Source: Octopus bimaculoides (taxonomy: Eukaryota). From it: 38,102 nt of DNA. The position numbers were made by a program, and so were the translations under genes. Of this stretch, positions 35,056 to 38,102 are shown one piece after another (the stretch's first letter is position 1; the number at the start of each line of letters is the position of its first letter). The stretch is from NCBI RefSeq assembly GCF_001194135.2, contig NC_068995.1, positions 18,604,803 through 18,642,904 of the forward strand, in the 5' to 3' direction. Under the pieces are notes generated by a model. It saw only the letters and a program-made list of their open reading frames with translations. It had not been told where the DNA came from and made no database searches.

Positions 35056-36153
35056 CAAAAATAGCACAGTGATGTCTGCACGTGACCCAGCAGGCGATCA
35101 AATTGCTCCTTTTGACGATCTGCAAATATTCAAACTGAATGTTAGACACATCTCCCGATCCGGGAGTAGAAATATCATAATATATGATTTAACATTATTA
35201 CTAGTTGTTGCTATTTAAATCTAGTTATTTGGTGTATTATAATCACTGTCATCCAGTGTAAGAATCGGACCGTCGAACTTGCGCTCGTAATCTATTTTTC
35301 ATTTATTCTCGATATTCTATTGAATCATTTTAATCAATAGCATTAGTTTTATTAGAATTATTGAATTATATCTATATATTTGGAGATGTATAGAAAATTG
35401 TAAGAAATCTGGAAGTTATGTTTTGATGTCTTTTTTTTACTTCTTACTCGAGCTTAGTTCTTTATGACGAAAAGACACGAATAGAAGATAATTTTCATTT
35501 CCAAATAAAACTATATGAACTATATTTCCATAATTTTCAATCTTCAGAATAAATCTCATGAAAAATTAAAATTAAATTTTATTGAATTTTTTTTAATTCG
35601 GTATATTCCGTATATAGTTTAAAGAAAAATAAATCCTCAACAAAATTTCAAATTTCATTAACATACAATTGATTATGAAATATTAAATTTAAGCATTATT
35701 CGCATTGCTCTTGTTCGACAAAAATTGTGCATATGAAATTTAGTTTTTGCTCAGACTTTTGTTCATTTCGTCCCTAATCTTATTTCGTATAACTTGTACT
35801 CTGGGGCTATTTTATTCCGCTGTTATCTACCAGCAATAATATCATCATATTATTGATGTTTTTACAAATCTTTGTTTCGGACTTAGTATTTTTGCCATTA
35901 ATCTAATTTTGGAATAAATATCTGAAGAAAACGTTTCCTAATTAGTAATATCTTCAAATACAAAATATAAAATTAAGACAAAAGTAAAGAAAAACAGAAG
36001 ATTGAAAATTATATGATGGAACTGGTATTATCTTGTAGACAAGAGATAATGTAATCAAGGATAAGTATATACTTATAAAATATCTCTTTCTACAGATATA
36101 CATTTGCATGCCCGCGAGTGAGTGTTTGTGTATTTGTACATGTATGTGTGTGC

Positions 36154-36196
<43 letters not shown>

Positions 36197-38102
36197 TAGA
36201 TGTAGATAACGGTAGATAGAGAAGTAGATGTAGGAGTACATATGTGTATACATATATAAAGGCATGAATCTATTCATAAGCCTTTACCTACACTGATACT
36301 CAAATATATTTCCTTGTGTCGGGTGGAGGATGTGTTGTGTATGTACGTAGAAAATACTTCTACTAAAATGACCAAAAAATTCATTATATTTCGTTTCTTT
36401 TGATTGATTTAGAAGAAAGTAGCTAAATGATAATGAATTCTTGAAGTTTGATACTCTAAAAAATATATAAAAAATGAGAATCGTAATAAAGAATGAATAA
36501 ATATATAAAATAAGAAATAAGTAAGTGCCAAAAAAGAAATTAAAGGAAATGATAAGATAAACAATAAAAGTGTTAGATCAAAAACAAATGATGATTATTG
36601 ATCAAAGCTCTATACCATTATAACTTTTATTTTTTATGGATGATAAAATTATTGCTGTGTTTTCAGCAATAAATTTTATTTATTTTCCCTCCAAGGTATA
36701 TTTAGGGAAATTCAAATAGTTGAGAAAATCTGACCGCCAATTAAACTGAGAAGCATATTAAGAAAATCTAATAAACGTGTTTCCATTAATTAAGATATTT
36801 TCGCAGGAAAATATCACGAAAAAAAAATAAAGAAAATTAAAACATATGGCAATCAGATAAAGAACGAATACCTTTATTGTAATTTGTTGGTTTCGATAGA
36901 AATAGAATTGGTTATATATTTATGTCTTCAATGTGGTTTATTTCTTTTATATCTCTCAATAGTTGTAATTTTTCCTCTTTAGCGACTTAAAAATGTCTAA
37001 AGCAATAATTCCATTATTTTCGCAACACAGATATTGAATTTGCTTCTGATTATAGAGGAAACCTATTCAAGGCTTTGTCTTTACAAAAGGAAAGAAAGGG
37101 GGGTTCTTTACCTTCAATACCTCAAATAGAATAGAGGTTTTCATGTAGAATATTTGGAGGATTTTATACCATTGAGAAACGTTACATCTATTTATGCAAT
37201 TTTGATAAAGTTCAATATTTTCTTTTGTGTTCAAATCAACGTTTCACGTTATTTCACTCATATATTAACGCTAAAACCTAAACATATAAAACATAAAATA
37301 AAACAGAAATCATGCATCTTCTTTGTATGTATGTATATATGCGTCTGGTTATTTCGACTTCCGCTTCATTTTTTACTTTGTGTATCAGTATATTATTGAT
37401 GTATAATACATGAATTATTTGTAATTGTAAGATTAACACAATAATATCCGAATGATTTAAAGTCTGAAACAAAATATGAAAATTTATTAGCTGCTTTATA
37501 GAACCGATTGTTAATAAGCAATTAGCTTCCGTTGTAAGTGTTTTAAAAGCCATAATTAAAACAAGACTTGACAGTTATTTTGCATATTCTACTATCCAAC
37601 TACTAGAAATGGATTATTTGTTAAAACATCCGTTTAATATTTATGCACAAGAATAAGCCACAAACAAAAACTTCGTCTCACGAGTTTCATCATCAAAGAA
37701 AGAATGTGCTTGTAGTCTTAAATCAGCGCTGACTTAGATATGCATGGACTACTTCCTTTGTTTTGTAAAATGCCAAAATTATACGAGTAAATTATTGGCA
37801 AAATTTTAATGTTGTAAGATATTTTATTATGCGTTCCGCCAATTTAGGTATGTTGAGATTTCCAACTTTGGCGACAGAAGCTAAGAGATTTGAAATATTT
37901 GCTGTGAATGTTGATTGTATGGATACAAATAGGTCACTAAGAAACCGAGTATATAGTATACGCATAATTTTTATAAGAATTGTATATAAATATATAGTCA
38001 TATAGTCATTTCTTTCTATGTATGTATATACAAGTATATGTATGTATTTTTATATGTGTGTATCTATGTACGCACGTATGTATTTAAGTATGTGTATATA
38101 TA

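Noticed and set aside
35152-35166. GC hairpin ctcccgatccgggag as a Helitron 3' end
   Set aside because: No correctly placed CTAG-T terminus on either strand and no other Helitron evidence.
5191-36277. Dozens of listed ORFs rich in HT/YI/CV/LS/X runs (e.g. 5479..5973, 10845..11516, 19753..20423, 33572..34492)
   Set aside because: They are translations of TA/CA/CT microsatellites or N gaps, which contain no stops in some frames; no domain signal.

Overview
AT-rich, repeat-saturated eukaryotic non-coding DNA (intron or intergenic). The SINE families and the TA/CA microsatellite density are most consistent with an octopus (cephalopod) draft assembly; this is recognition from memory, not a database result. 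Seven N-gaps sit mostly beside microsatellites. I found no intact host protein-coding gene. Nearly all listed ORFs are microsatellite or gap artefacts, and the few real protein signals are decayed transposons: an L1/Tx1-clade LINE ORF2 (~1.86-3.66 kb), Penelope-like GIY-YIG fragments (~7.05-8.1 kb and ~33.1-33.35 kb), a probable RTE-type RT remnant (~8.4-8.9 kb), a Tc1 remnant (~11.8-12.3 kb), a ZMYM1-like hAT remnant (~23.4-25.7 kb) and an internally deleted mariner (~26.9-27.8 kb). About 20 tRNA-derived SINE copies from three families are also present. The most interesting signal is RNA-level. A minimal type I hammerhead ribozyme fold (33485-33529) lies just downstream of a Penelope endonuclease tail. 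Two mutually homologous, decayed hammerhead-bearing modules lie 15.5 kb apart (6864-7048 minus, 22524-22690 plus), suggesting a retrozyme/pLTR-like family. A Penelope fragment with an inverted duplication forms a ~160 bp-arm hairpin. Coordinates of decayed repeats are approximate hand calls.
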